Shown: positions 1 through 8,128 of the stretch, in pieces
How positions within the stretch are numbered: the first letter of the stretch is position 1
Layout: each line of letters opens with the position of its first letter
Origin: a virus
Direction: 5' to 3' (one strand)
Virus record (IMG/VR): IMGVR_UViG_3300025018_000036
Coordinates: 1-43,795 of that record
Length of the DNA stretch: 43,795 nucleotides
Notes under the pieces: model-generated
Told to the model about the DNA's origin: nothing
What the model saw: only the letters and a program-made list of their open reading frames with translations
Databases searched by the model: none
Made by a program: the position numbers and the translations under genes

Positions 1-127
1 CCGTGAGGTATCGGGGCCACACTTGTCTTAGGAGAATCACCGTGGCATCAATCAACGTAATGGTCAAACGGATATCGGGGTTGCTGGACAGCGACCTATC
101 TGAGTGGGAACAGGACTTCGTGGAGAG
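1..127. repeat. Left copy of an exact 127-bp duplication of the window ends (identical to 43669..43795)
   Basis: Base-by-base comparison of 1..127 with 43669..43795 shows identity. This is typical of a circular contig closed by a k-mer overlap, or of a terminally redundant genome. Confidence 0.95.
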
Positions 128-227
128 CGTTGCCAGACGCACCCGCGATGGGGAGGACACCACCATGCTCACTGAAAAGCAGGTGGACGTCGTGGAGCGC
201 ATCTTCAAGAAGCACTTCGCTGGATAA
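42..227 (+). CDS. Hypothetical small protein (61 aa), first gene after the circular junction
   Basis: GTG at 42 is preceded by GGAGAATCACC (31..41), the RBS-spacer motif shared by other early genes. It is in frame with track ORF 3..227 and ends at TAA 225..227. No recognisable domain. Confidence 0.55.
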   Translation: MASINVMVKRISGLLDSDLSEWEQDFVESVARRTRDGEDTTMLTEKQVDVVERIFKKHFAG

Positions 228-231
228 CGGC

Positions 232-2211
232 ATGCTCGAATTGGACGACAACGTCGGGCACCTAGACTTTGAGACGTTCAGCCTGCTGGATGTGCGCAAG
301 GTGGGCGGGCACCGTTACGCACGGCACCCCAGCACAGAGGTCCTCATTGCCTGCTATCTGCTACCGGGCATGGACCGTCCACGCGAGTGGCTACCGCGAT
401 CGCAGCGACCACCAAGGGACCTCGTCTCCTGGGTAGCCTCGGGGGGCCAAATCGCAGCCCACAACAGCGCATTTGAGCGCTCGGTGTGGCAGCATGCGCT
501 CCGCAGGCAGCACCCCAGCCTCCCAACGGTCAGCGATGCGCAGTGGGTGTGCACCGCAGCACGCGCAGCCGCGTCGGGCCTGCCCCGTGCGCTGGACGGT
601 GCGCTCCGGGCACTCAAGGCCCCCATCAGCAAGGATGAGGACGGCAAGCGTCTGATGAAGATATTCTCTTCGCCGCGCAAGCCCACCAAGAAGGACGCCC
701 GTACCCGCATCCTCCCCGAGGACAGCCCTGAGGAGTTTGCCAAGTACGTCGCGTACTGTGTGCAGGACGTGTTCGGGGAGGCGTACCTGCACACGCACAT
801 CCCCGACCTCACCAAGCGTGAGCAACAGTTCTTCATGCTCGACATGCTCATGAATGACCGTGGCTTGCCGGTGGATATCCCCCTGATCAAGAAGGCGTTG
901 ACCGTGGTGGGGGCGCTGGAGGCCCGCATGAAGGCCGAGGCCGAGGCCCTGTCTGGGGGCATACGGGCCACCCAAGTCCAGAAGATGCTACAGGTGTTCG
1001 CTGATCTGGGCCTGGACCTAGAGAACATGCAGAAGGGCACCATAGAGGAGGTCCTCAAGGGTACTGACCTAGACGCCAAGACGCGTCGCCTGTTGGAGAT
1101 ACGGCTGGAGGCAGGCAAGGCATCCACGAAGAAGCTGGTGTCCATGCTGGCCTGCGCCGACCCCACGGACCATGTCGTGCAAGGTGGCTTCCTGTTCCAC
1201 GGTGCGCATACGGGCAGGTACTCGGGGCGACTGGTGCAGCCGCACAACTTCATTCGGGGCATGTTCAAGGACCATCAGCGTGAGCTCGTGTTCGCCCTGC
1301 TGGAGCACGAGGACGTGGACCTGTTCCTGTTGCTGTACGACAAGCCTATTGACGCGATCAGCCAGTGCATGCGGGGGTTCATCCGTGCGCCACGGGGGTA
1401 CGAGTTCGCCGTGGTGGACTACACAGCCATTGAAGCCCGCGTGTTGGCATGGGTGGCAGGCGAAGAGCACATGCTGGAGGCCTACAGGGCAGGCGTAGAC
1501 GTCTACAAGCTCATGGCGAAGAAGCTGTGGAAGCTGGCCTCCCTGGATGACGTTACCGACGAGCAGCGACGGATAGCGAAAAACCTCGTGCTGGGCTGCG
1601 GGTATCAACTGGGCGGGGCACACTTCGTTGACTACTGCGCGAACGCTGGGCTGGTTATAGACCCCGAGTTTGCCATGGCGGCTGTCAAGGCGTACCGCAA
1701 GGAACACCCGGCGATTGTGCAGTGCTGGAAGACTGTGGAGCAACTGGTGGTCGCGGCCATACGCAATCCCGGCACCAAGCACTCGGGCCTCAAGTGCCAG
1801 TTCTACACCCGTGATCAGTGGCTGTGCGTACGCCTACCCAGTGGACGGGAACTGCGGTACATGCACCCACGGGCGACCCCGTCAGAGCGCTTTGGGAAGC
1901 CCTCGTGGGCCATCAGCTTCCAGACTGATTTCCATGGCCATATCCGTCGGGAGAGCACGTACGGGGGCAAGATCATTGAGAACATCGTGCAGGCCATAGC
2001 CCGCGACATCATGATGGAGGGTATGTGGAACGCTGAGGAGTCGGGCTACCCTGTCAGCGGTACTGTGCATGACGAGGTCTTGTGCCTGCGCAAGACAGGC
2101 ACCAGCGACATCAAGTTCCTTGAGCGTACGGTGTGCGCCATCCCCTCGTGGGGCAAGGGCATCCCATTAGCTGCGAAGGGGTTTGTGTGCGAGAGATACA
2201 AGAAAGACTGA
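232..2211 (+). CDS. Family A DNA polymerase (Pol I-like) with 3'-5' exonuclease domain
   Basis: Exo I motif DFETFS lies near the N-terminus. Pol motifs are A (VVDYTAIEARVLAW), B (RRIAKNLVLGCGYQLG) and C (TVHDEV). ATG 232 is preferred to the TTG at 130, which would overlap the previous gene. Confidence 0.9.
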   Translation: MLELDDNVGHLDFETFSLLDVRKVGGHRYARHPSTEVLIACYLLPGMDRPREWLPRSQRPPRDLVSWVASGGQIAAHNSAFERSVWQHALRRQHPSLPTVSDAQWVCTAARAAASGLPRALDGALRALKAPISKDEDGKRLMKIFSSPRKPTKKDARTRILPEDSPEEFAKYVAYCVQDVFGEAYLHTHIPDLTKREQQFFMLDMLMNDRGLPVDIPLIKKALTVVGALEARMKAEAEALSGGIRATQVQKMLQVFADLGLDLENMQKGTIEEVLKGTDLDAKTRRLLEIRLEAGKASTKKLVSMLACADPTDHVVQGGFLFHGAHTGRYSGRLVQPHNFIRGMFKDHQRELVFALLEHEDVDLFLLLYDKPIDAISQCMRGFIRAPRGYEFAVVDYTAIEARVLAWVAGEEHMLEAYRAGVDVYKLMAKKLWKLASLDDVTDEQRRIAKNLVLGCGYQLGGAHFVDYCANAGLVIDPEFAMAAVKAYRKEHPAIVQCWKTVEQLVVAAIRNPGTKHSGLKCQFYTRDQWLCVRLPSGRELRYMHPRATPSERFGKPSWAISFQTDFHGHIRRESTYGGKIIENIVQAIARDIMMEGMWNAEESGYPVSGTVHDEVLCLRKTGTSDIKFLERTVCAIPSWGKGIPLAAKGFVCERYKKD

Positions 2212-2495
2212 TGACCGAGGACGCCGTGGAGCGTCACCTCATCCGGTGGGTCAAGTCCGTACAGGGCAAGCACTTCAAAATCAGGTTCATGCGTGGCTGG
2301 CCTGACCGGCTGGTGTTGCTGCATGGCGGGCGGCTGGTGTTCTTCGAGCTCAAGCGACCCAAGGGGGGCAAGTTCGAACCCCTTCAACTGCGCGTGCATG
2401 ATGCCCTCCGTAAGATGGGCTTCAGGGTGTACGTGTGCCATACTAAAGATGCCATCAATGGCGTAACCAAGGAGCTATCCAATGAAGAAACCTAG
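2211..2495 (+). CDS. VRR-NUC domain nuclease
   Basis: GWPDRLVLLHGGRLVFFELKRPKG matches the VRR-NUC D...E-x-K core. The ATG overlaps the polymerase stop (TGATG). Confidence 0.8.
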   Translation: MTEDAVERHLIRWVKSVQGKHFKIRFMRGWPDRLVLLHGGRLVFFELKRPKGGKFEPLQLRVHDALRKMGFRVYVCHTKDAINGVTKELSNEET

Positions 2496-2634
2496 CCGAC
2501 TCCCAGAATACAAACGCACCCGCACCTTCTATGAGTGGGGCCACTGGCTTGTCAGTCGTGTGCTGGCTCTAATCATCATCGCCTTCGCATTGATGCTGTG
2601 GCTTGGGCTGGATAGCTTACTCCCTGGAGGCTGA
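2482..2634 (+). CDS. Small membrane protein (50 aa, one TM helix)
   Basis: Below the ORF-track size cutoff. ATG 2482 follows AAGGAG (2469..2474). Translation is MKKPSRLPEYKRTRTFYEWGHWLVSRVLALIIIAFALMLWLGLDSLLPGG, which contains a clear hydrophobic helix. Confidence 0.45.
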   Translation: MKKPSRLPEYKRTRTFYEWGHWLVSRVLALIIIAFALMLWLGLDSLLPGG

Positions 2635-2635
2635 C

Positions 2636-2869
2636 ATGGCGTACCCCGTGTTCGCCGTGTTGGTCTACCGACAGGGCTACCCCTTGCGTCTGCACATCAG
2701 CCCGCGAAGGGCGTTTCGGTGCTGGCTTGAATACCGCCCGAAGCTGGGCCTGTGGGACGTCATGACTCCGGTACGGTACGGGTGGCAAGAGTTCCCAAAG
2801 CCTGCCGAACGCCACACAGATCTGTTCTCTGCTATCAGTGCACTCCGGAGGCTGAATGCTGTCACGTGA
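2636..2869 (+). CDS. Hypothetical protein (77 aa)
   Basis: ATG 2636 follows GGAGG (2626..2630). It lies in the frame of track ORF 2603..2869. No recognisable domain. Confidence 0.45.
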   Translation: MAYPVFAVLVYRQGYPLRLHISPRRAFRCWLEYRPKLGLWDVMTPVRYGWQEFPKPAERHTDLFSAISALRRLNAVT

Positions 2870-4268
2870 AGACCTGCGCAACTACCAACGCAGAGGAGTG
2901 GACTTCTTCAAGTCTATCAAGACACCGGGCCTGTTCCTGGACATGGGCTTGGGCAAGACGATCATCACCCTCACAGCCACGGCAGACCTCCTCAAGGAGC
3001 GCAAGGTGAGCAAGGTGTTGCTCGTGGCACCGTTGCGTCCTGCACAGGGCGTATGGAGGCAGGAGGCCCGCAAGTGGCAGCACACCAAGCACCTGACCTT
3101 CAAGCTCCTAACGGGCAGCGAAGGCAAACGGCTGACAGCCATGAAGAGCAGTGCGCAAATCCACATCATCAACGTGGACAACCTCCGATGGCTGTTGTAC
3201 GTGCTCAAGAGCATGCAGCGAAAGAACGGGTGGCCTTATGACATGCTCATCATTGACGAGTCCAGCATGTTCAAGGCCCCCGGCCGGAAACGGTTCTCCA
3301 CCCTGCGCCACCACTTGCGCAAGTTCGACCGCAGGGCTATCCTAACGGGCACGCCTGCCCCCAAGGGCCTGATTGACATCTGGTCGCAGGTGTACATCCT
3401 TGATCTGGGGCTGCGGCTGGGAGAGCAGGTGCGCCGATACAGGGAGCGCTTCTTTAGCCCGAGTGGGTACATGGGGTACGGGTACGATCTGGATGACGGG
3501 GCGGAGTCCAAGATACTGGGTCTGATAAGCCCGTTGATCCTGTCCATGCGGGCCGAAGACTGGCTGGAGCTGCCCCCAGAGATAGAGCAGACAATCTGGG
3601 TGGACCTGCCCCCAACAGCCCGCAACCTGTACAACAAGATGGAGAAGGAAATGTTCGTGGAGCTAGAGGCAGGCTCCACCGAGGCTGTGTCCGCTGCCAG
3701 TGTGTCTTCCAAGTGCTGGCAGATTGCCAACGGTGCGCTCTTCCTGGACAAGCCCGATGGAACCCGTACGTGGCAGGCAGTGCACGACGCAAAGCTGCAA
3801 GCCCTGCAAGAGATCGTAGAGGGCACGAGCGACAACCTGCTGGTCACGTACTGGTTCAAGCCAGACCTCGCCCGGTTGCGCAGCATGTTTCCAAAGGCCC
3901 CGTGTCTGGTTGACGCCAAGAACGAGCGTCAGCTCAATGCCCTGCAGAACGCATGGAACAACGGTGATCACCGCATCATGTTCGTCCACCCGCAAGGCGG
4001 GGGCCACGGGCTGAACCTGCAAGGTGGCGGAAACACGCTGGTGATGTTCAGTCTGCTGTGGGGGCGTGAGGCATGGGCACAGGTACGGCAGCGCATGGGG
4101 GCGACGCGTCAGTACGGGTTGCGTGACCATGTGAACTACAAATACATCGCCGTCCGTGACACCGTGGATGAGGCCATGCTGACCACCCAACGGCGACGCG
4201 AAGTGGACGAGCGCCGGATGATCAAAACCCTGCGCGACTACCGCGACGCACGGGAGATACTGGCATGA
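2856..4268 (+). CDS. SNF2-family (DEAD/DEAH-like) helicase/ATPase
   Basis: Motif I is LDMGLGKT and motif II is LIIDESS. The C-terminal helicase lobe carries HPQGGGHGLNLQ. Its position next to PolA and VRR-NUC is typical of this replication module. Confidence 0.85.
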   Translation: MLSREDLRNYQRRGVDFFKSIKTPGLFLDMGLGKTIITLTATADLLKERKVSKVLLVAPLRPAQGVWRQEARKWQHTKHLTFKLLTGSEGKRLTAMKSSAQIHIINVDNLRWLLYVLKSMQRKNGWPYDMLIIDESSMFKAPGRKRFSTLRHHLRKFDRRAILTGTPAPKGLIDIWSQVYILDLGLRLGEQVRRYRERFFSPSGYMGYGYDLDDGAESKILGLISPLILSMRAEDWLELPPEIEQTIWVDLPPTARNLYNKMEKEMFVELEAGSTEAVSAASVSSKCWQIANGALFLDKPDGTRTWQAVHDAKLQALQEIVEGTSDNLLVTYWFKPDLARLRSMFPKAPCLVDAKNERQLNALQNAWNNGDHRIMFVHPQGGGHGLNLQGGGNTLVMFSLLWGREAWAQVRQRMGATRQYGLRDHVNYKYIAVRDTVDEAMLTTQRRREVDERRMIKTLRDYRDAREILA

Positions 4269-4564
4269 AGTGCGAATGCTGCGGTGCCCCTGCCAAAGCC
4301 ACCCGCACCACCCACAACGCGTCAGGCACCGTTACCCGAAAATACCTGTGCCAGAACGGGCACACCTTCCACACCATAGAACGCACGTACAACCCCAAGA
4401 ACACCGATAATGGGGCTTTCAAAGGAGCAACCAATGGACCTCTACCTTCTGACAGACGACACCCGCACCTTACCGGAGATGCACCACTTGGGGACAACCC
4501 ATGTGATCCCAGTGGAGGGGAACAACTGGTACGCAGCACGGGCGGAAGCCTTCCGACAGGCTGA
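4265..4564 (+). CDS. Zinc-ribbon protein, Ogr/Delta-like or NrdR-N-terminal-like (possible transcription factor)
   Basis: MKCECCG...x22...RKYLCQNGHTFHTIE resembles the Ogr/Delta C-x2-C...C-x3-4-C/H finger (RYHQCQN..C..TF.T.E). ATGA overlap with the SNF2 stop. The last 131 nt overlap the next gene. Confidence 0.55.
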   Translation: MKCECCGAPAKATRTTHNASGTVTRKYLCQNGHTFHTIERTYNPKNTDNGAFKGATNGPLPSDRRHPHLTGDAPLGDNPCDPSGGEQLVRSTGGSLPTG

Positions 4565-5009
4565 AGCAGGGGGTGACCGTCGGGTTGCCGTAGTGGCGGG
4601 CAGCGTGTCTATCCTGCGTTGTGTGACAGGCGACAAGGTACGCCCAGCAAACCCCAACGGGTATCACGGACTGTGGCTGTACATGGCCCGCCTTGCTGCC
4701 AGCTTTGGTCACGTGTACGTGGCCCCGAGCCGTTGGGCTGGGCAGTTACCACAGTCCGGGGCGGTACTCTCCCCGACGATACCACTGGTATCGGTGTATC
4801 AGGTGAAGGCACTGCAACAGGTGCGCAAGTCTTGGGGCGACGTCGGGCTGGGTCTTGCCCTGTGCGCAGCCGGGTATCACAGCTACACGGTCGGGGACTA
4901 CTTCTACCAAGTGGAAGGCGACCCCCGCAAGAAGCTGTTGGACGATGCTGGTTCTGCGGACCAGTGGCTGAGCGCATACGTGGCGGCTGTGAACACCCTG
5001 CTGGAGTGA
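4434..5009 (+). CDS. Hypothetical protein (191 aa)
   Basis: ATG 4434 follows AAAGGAG (4421..4427). The long ORF has codon usage like its neighbours. No recognisable domain. Confidence 0.55.
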   Translation: MDLYLLTDDTRTLPEMHHLGTTHVIPVEGNNWYAARAEAFRQAEAGGDRRVAVVAGSVSILRCVTGDKVRPANPNGYHGLWLYMARLAASFGHVYVAPSRWAGQLPQSGAVLSPTIPLVSVYQVKALQQVRKSWGDVGLGLALCAAGYHSYTVGDYFYQVEGDPRKKLLDDAGSADQWLSAYVAAVNTLLE

Positions 5010-5013
5010 CCTC

Positions 5014-5355
5014 ATGGACAAACCTATTCCAATGATCCTGTACTGCCCCAACTGCGGTGAGCAGCACGTTGACGCACCTGACACGAACCCGTGCCGTCGG
5101 TCATGTCGGTACGCGGTGGACGTGTGCATGCCTGAGGCAACGTGTGCGGGTGCGTGCCAGTACATGCAAGAAGGGTCACCTAGATGGACAAACCCCCCGC
5201 ACCGTTCGCACAAGTGCGCGACCTGTGGCTGCATTTGGCGTCCGGCTGACGTACCCACTACGGGCGTCGCAGATATCCAGACGTCGGGCAAGTCTGACAC
5301 GTGGCCCGTGTACCCTCAAGAGATTTCAGCCGCACCGGCTGTTCACAAACCATGA
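5014..5355 (+). CDS. Cys/His-rich zinc-ribbon protein (113 aa)
   Basis: Carries CPNCG...C..SC...C..C...C and PPHRSHKCATCGCIWRP. ATG 5014 follows CTGGAG. Confidence 0.6.
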   Translation: MDKPIPMILYCPNCGEQHVDAPDTNPCRRSCRYAVDVCMPEATCAGACQYMQEGSPRWTNPPHRSHKCATCGCIWRPADVPTTGVADIQTSGKSDTWPVYPQEISAAPAVHKP

Positions 5356-5939
5356 GCCATATCCTTGTCTACGTGCACGGCACCAACGGCAGCGGAAAGT
5401 CCACCCTCGCCCGTGGGGTGCTGGCTGCGGCTGGGGGCGTCGCAGAGTACGTGCCCGTGAAGTCGGGAAAACAGGGCAAGGCTGGCTGGACGGACACGCC
5501 CCGAGGGGTAGCTCTCCTCGGCTCCTACCATCGGGCCTGCGGGGGCGTGGATGGCTTTAGCCCGTACGCCCACGTACACGAGGTGATGCAGGGCCACGCC
5601 GAGTACGAGGATACCCGCGTGTTCGCTGAGGGCCTGATGACACCGGGGGTGGACACCTGCACCAAGTTCGCCGGGTACTTTGAGCGCACCGTGTTCATCG
5701 CGCTGTCCACGCCGATTGAGCAGTGCATCGCCAACGTACGCAGCCGCCGGAAACGGGTGGGCAACACCAAGCCATACACCCCGGAGAAGCTGATCTCCAA
5801 ACATGCCTCGGCCCTGCGCTGGGCTGACCGGCTGGCTGCGGCTGGCCTTGAGACGTACAAGATGCCGTACCGCGAGGCATACCATTTTTCCTTGGAGTTG
5901 CTGGGCCTCCCTCTGCCCAGTGTTGATGAACTACTGTGA
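5352..5939 (+). CDS. P-loop kinase (nucleotide or 5-hmdU-DNA kinase candidate)
   Basis: Walker A is VHGTNGSGKST at the N-terminus. Size (~195 aa) is typical of dNMP/polynucleotide-kinase-like P-loop proteins. ATGA overlap with the preceding gene. Confidence 0.65.
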   Translation: MSHILVYVHGTNGSGKSTLARGVLAAAGGVAEYVPVKSGKQGKAGWTDTPRGVALLGSYHRACGGVDGFSPYAHVHEVMQGHAEYEDTRVFAEGLMTPGVDTCTKFAGYFERTVFIALSTPIEQCIANVRSRRKRVGNTKPYTPEKLISKHASALRWADRLAAAGLETYKMPYREAYHFSLELLGLPLPSVDELL

Positions 5940-5950
5940 AAGAAACCACC

Positions 5951-7078
5951 ATGAAAGACGCGTTTGATTCCGTCCGTGTTGCCACGGGATACGGTGTGAC
6001 TGTTGCCAACGTGAACGAGGCCTTGCCGTTGGGCTTGCAGCTTGTGAAGGATGTGGGCGTGCCCTTTGTGTCACGGGGTATCCCCACGCTGGAAGTACCC
6101 GGACCCGTGTCCACCATCTATCACCGCCCGTGGGAGCGTGTGCTGTTCGACCCCGTGCGTGACGCTAACCCATTCTTCCACCTGATGGAAAGCCTGTGGA
6201 TACTGGGTGGCAGCAACGAGGTTGAATTGCCAAGCCACTTCCTAGGCAACATCACCGGCTTCAGTGACAACGGCAAGACATTCCACGGTGCGTACGGCTA
6301 CCGGCTGCGTAGTCAGGGCTTCGGCGACCAGTTGACCATCACCGCCCAGATGCTGCGCGAACGCCCCGACACGCGACAGGCAGTGATGGCTATCTGGAAT
6401 CCAGCACTGGACATGGACACCCGCAGCAAGGACATCCCCTGCAACGACATGATCATGTTTGGCATTCGTGAAGGCAAGCTGAACATGACCGTGTGCAACC
6501 GCAGCAACGATGTGATCTGGGGTGCGTACGGTGCCAACGCAGTCCAGTTCAGCATGATCCACGAGTGGATGGCCTCTGCGGCTGGGGTCACGATGGGGTA
6601 CTACGTGCAACAGTCCAACAGCTATCACGTGTATCCGTCCAACCCGTTCTGGCAGGCGTTTCTGGATGGCGAGCATGCACCGGGCCATGTGCACAACCCG
6701 TACATATCTCACCACTACCCGCTGACCGTGCCGTTGGTGGGGCCACACGACACGCCCGAGGCCTTCCTCGAGGACTGTGAGGGCTTGTGTGAGCAGGCGC
6801 ACAAGGGCACCATCGGGCGCACCAGTGGGAATTCCGTGCGATGGCGAACCCAGTACTTCCGTCAAGTGGTGGAACCCATGTTGCAGGCGTACAACCTGTA
6901 CAAGAAGGGTCTGGCAACGACCGCCCTGTTCCGCCTGCAAGACGTTATCGCAACGGACTGGCGTATGGCCTGCATGCAGTGGGTGCAGCGTCGCATAGAC
7001 AAGGCTGTGGTCAAGGCTGACGCGGCTGGTGCTGTGGCACTGGCGAAGGTGCAACACGCTGGAGACAACCTGAAATGA
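5951..7078 (+). CDS. Thymidylate synthase superfamily enzyme (divergent ThyA; candidate dUMP hydroxymethylase)
   Basis: Aligns by eye to E. coli ThyA: ESLWILGGSNE / ELLWFLQGDTN, GAYGYRLR / PVYGKQWR, DTRQAVMAIWNP / DSRRIIVSAWN, IPCN / APCH (catalytic Cys), NRSNDVIWG..GAN / QRSCDVFLG.PFN. Start is ATG 5951. A GTG at 5936 (GTGA overlap) is an alternative start. Confidence 0.8.
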   Translation: MKDAFDSVRVATGYGVTVANVNEALPLGLQLVKDVGVPFVSRGIPTLEVPGPVSTIYHRPWERVLFDPVRDANPFFHLMESLWILGGSNEVELPSHFLGNITGFSDNGKTFHGAYGYRLRSQGFGDQLTITAQMLRERPDTRQAVMAIWNPALDMDTRSKDIPCNDMIMFGIREGKLNMTVCNRSNDVIWGAYGANAVQFSMIHEWMASAAGVTMGYYVQQSNSYHVYPSNPFWQAFLDGEHAPGHVHNPYISHHYPLTVPLVGPHDTPEAFLEDCEGLCEQAHKGTIGRTSGNSVRWRTQYFRQVVEPMLQAYNLYKKGLATTALFRLQDVIATDWRMACMQWVQRRIDKAVVKADAAGAVALAKVQHAGDNLK

Positions 7079-7632
7079 CCCCCATTGTTGAGAACACCTT
7101 GTACCGTGACGCGGCTGACGTTGCCCGGTATCACACCAAGCGCACCATCCGTCAGCAGACTGTGGGGCAGCACAGCTTTAACATGCTAATGCTCGTGCAG
7201 CAAGTGATCCCCGACTGTCGGAAGGAAGTGTTGCTGGCGATCATGCACCACGACCTCCCCGAGCTCAAGACCGGCGACATACCGGGGCCGATCAAGCGTG
7301 TGCATCCCAGCCTCGGCCCGTTGCTGGACCAGATCGAGGAGGGTTTGTACCCCTTGTTCAAACCCTTCGGCCTGCGTGCCGACGAGGAGAAGCTGATCAA
7401 GTGGGCAGACCGGATGGAAGGGTGTCTGTGGTGTATGGAAGAAGTGCGCATGGGGAACACCTTCTGCAAGAACACTGCCGAGAAGTACATGACGTGGATA
7501 CTGGAGTCCGCTGTCACCGGTGAACTGTACGGGGGCCTGACAGCCACCCACGCATTCACTCACGACGTGATCACGTACATGCGATCACACAATATGCGTG
7601 CAACCGCACGCCCACAACACGAAAGGGACTGA
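7075..7632 (+). CDS. HD-domain phosphohydrolase, YfbR-like 5'-deoxynucleotidase
   Basis: HSFNMLMLV...IMHHDLPELKTGDIPGPIK matches the H...HD...D metal-binding pattern of YfbR-type dNMP nucleotidases. ATGA overlap with the upstream gene. Confidence 0.75.
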   Translation: MTPIVENTLYRDAADVARYHTKRTIRQQTVGQHSFNMLMLVQQVIPDCRKEVLLAIMHHDLPELKTGDIPGPIKRVHPSLGPLLDQIEEGLYPLFKPFGLRADEEKLIKWADRMEGCLWCMEEVRMGNTFCKNTAEKYMTWILESAVTGELYGGLTATHAFTHDVITYMRSHNMRATARPQHERD

Positions 7633-7633
7633 C

Positions 7634-8128
7634 ATGAGCGCGAACGAAACACAGGTCGGGGGCGACCACTACAAACGAGCCGGAGACATGCAGCACTGGG
7701 ACATGGCTGCGCACTATCAGCTCGGGTACTTCGAGGGGCAGGCGTCCAAGTACCTGACCCGGCACCGCAAGAAGCACGGGCTGACAGACATGCGGAAAGG
7801 TCTGCACATGCTGGAGAAGCTGTACGAGGTGAAGTGCGCGTGGTGCCGTGATGGTGGTGTCCCGTGGCTCATCGATAGCGACTCCACCGCCACTCGCCAT
7901 ATCGCCGGACGGCAGTGGGGCGGGTACACCTGGACCCTGTACCAAAAGGCCAACGACCTTACAGAAGACGAAGTGAACCTTGTCCGGGCTATCGCTGAGT
8001 GGAAGACGATGCCAGAGCTACTGCGCATCATCGAACGGTTCCGTGTGCTGATGTACACCACGTACCCGGCACCAGACGCCGAGGAACCCGGACCGGGATA
8101 CGTCAATCAGGACGGGGGTGCAGCATGA
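7634..8128 (+). CDS. DUF3310 (SaV-like) family protein
   Basis: GGDHYK...QHWDM...LGYFEGQASKYLTRHRKK is the characteristic DUF3310 N-terminal signature. Confidence 0.7.
   Translation: MSANETQVGGDHYKRAGDMQHWDMAAHYQLGYFEGQASKYLTRHRKKHGLTDMRKGLHMLEKLYEVKCAWCRDGGVPWLIDSDSTATRHIAGRQWGGYTWTLYQKANDLTEDEVNLVRAIAEWKTMPELLRIIERFRVLMYTTYPAPDAEEPGPGYVNQDGGAA

Noticed and set aside
130-231. Upstream TTG start (130) for the DNA polymerase
   Set aside because: The track counts GTG and TTG as starts. The 130..231 extension overlaps the previous gene and translates to Ser/Arg-rich sequence. The conserved exonuclease motif begins just after ATG 232.
354-1268. Long antisense or alternative-frame ORFs throughout the track (e.g. 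354..1268 -, 9735..10787 -, 19661..20464 +, 20873..22042 +, 25440..27038 +, 29311..30870 +, 39226..40158 -, 42928..43536 -)
   Set aside because: They lie entirely inside better-supported genes on the other strand or frame. Their products are Arg/Pro/Ala-rich and low complexity, they lack RBS contexts, and they are the expected shadow ORFs of a high-GC genome.
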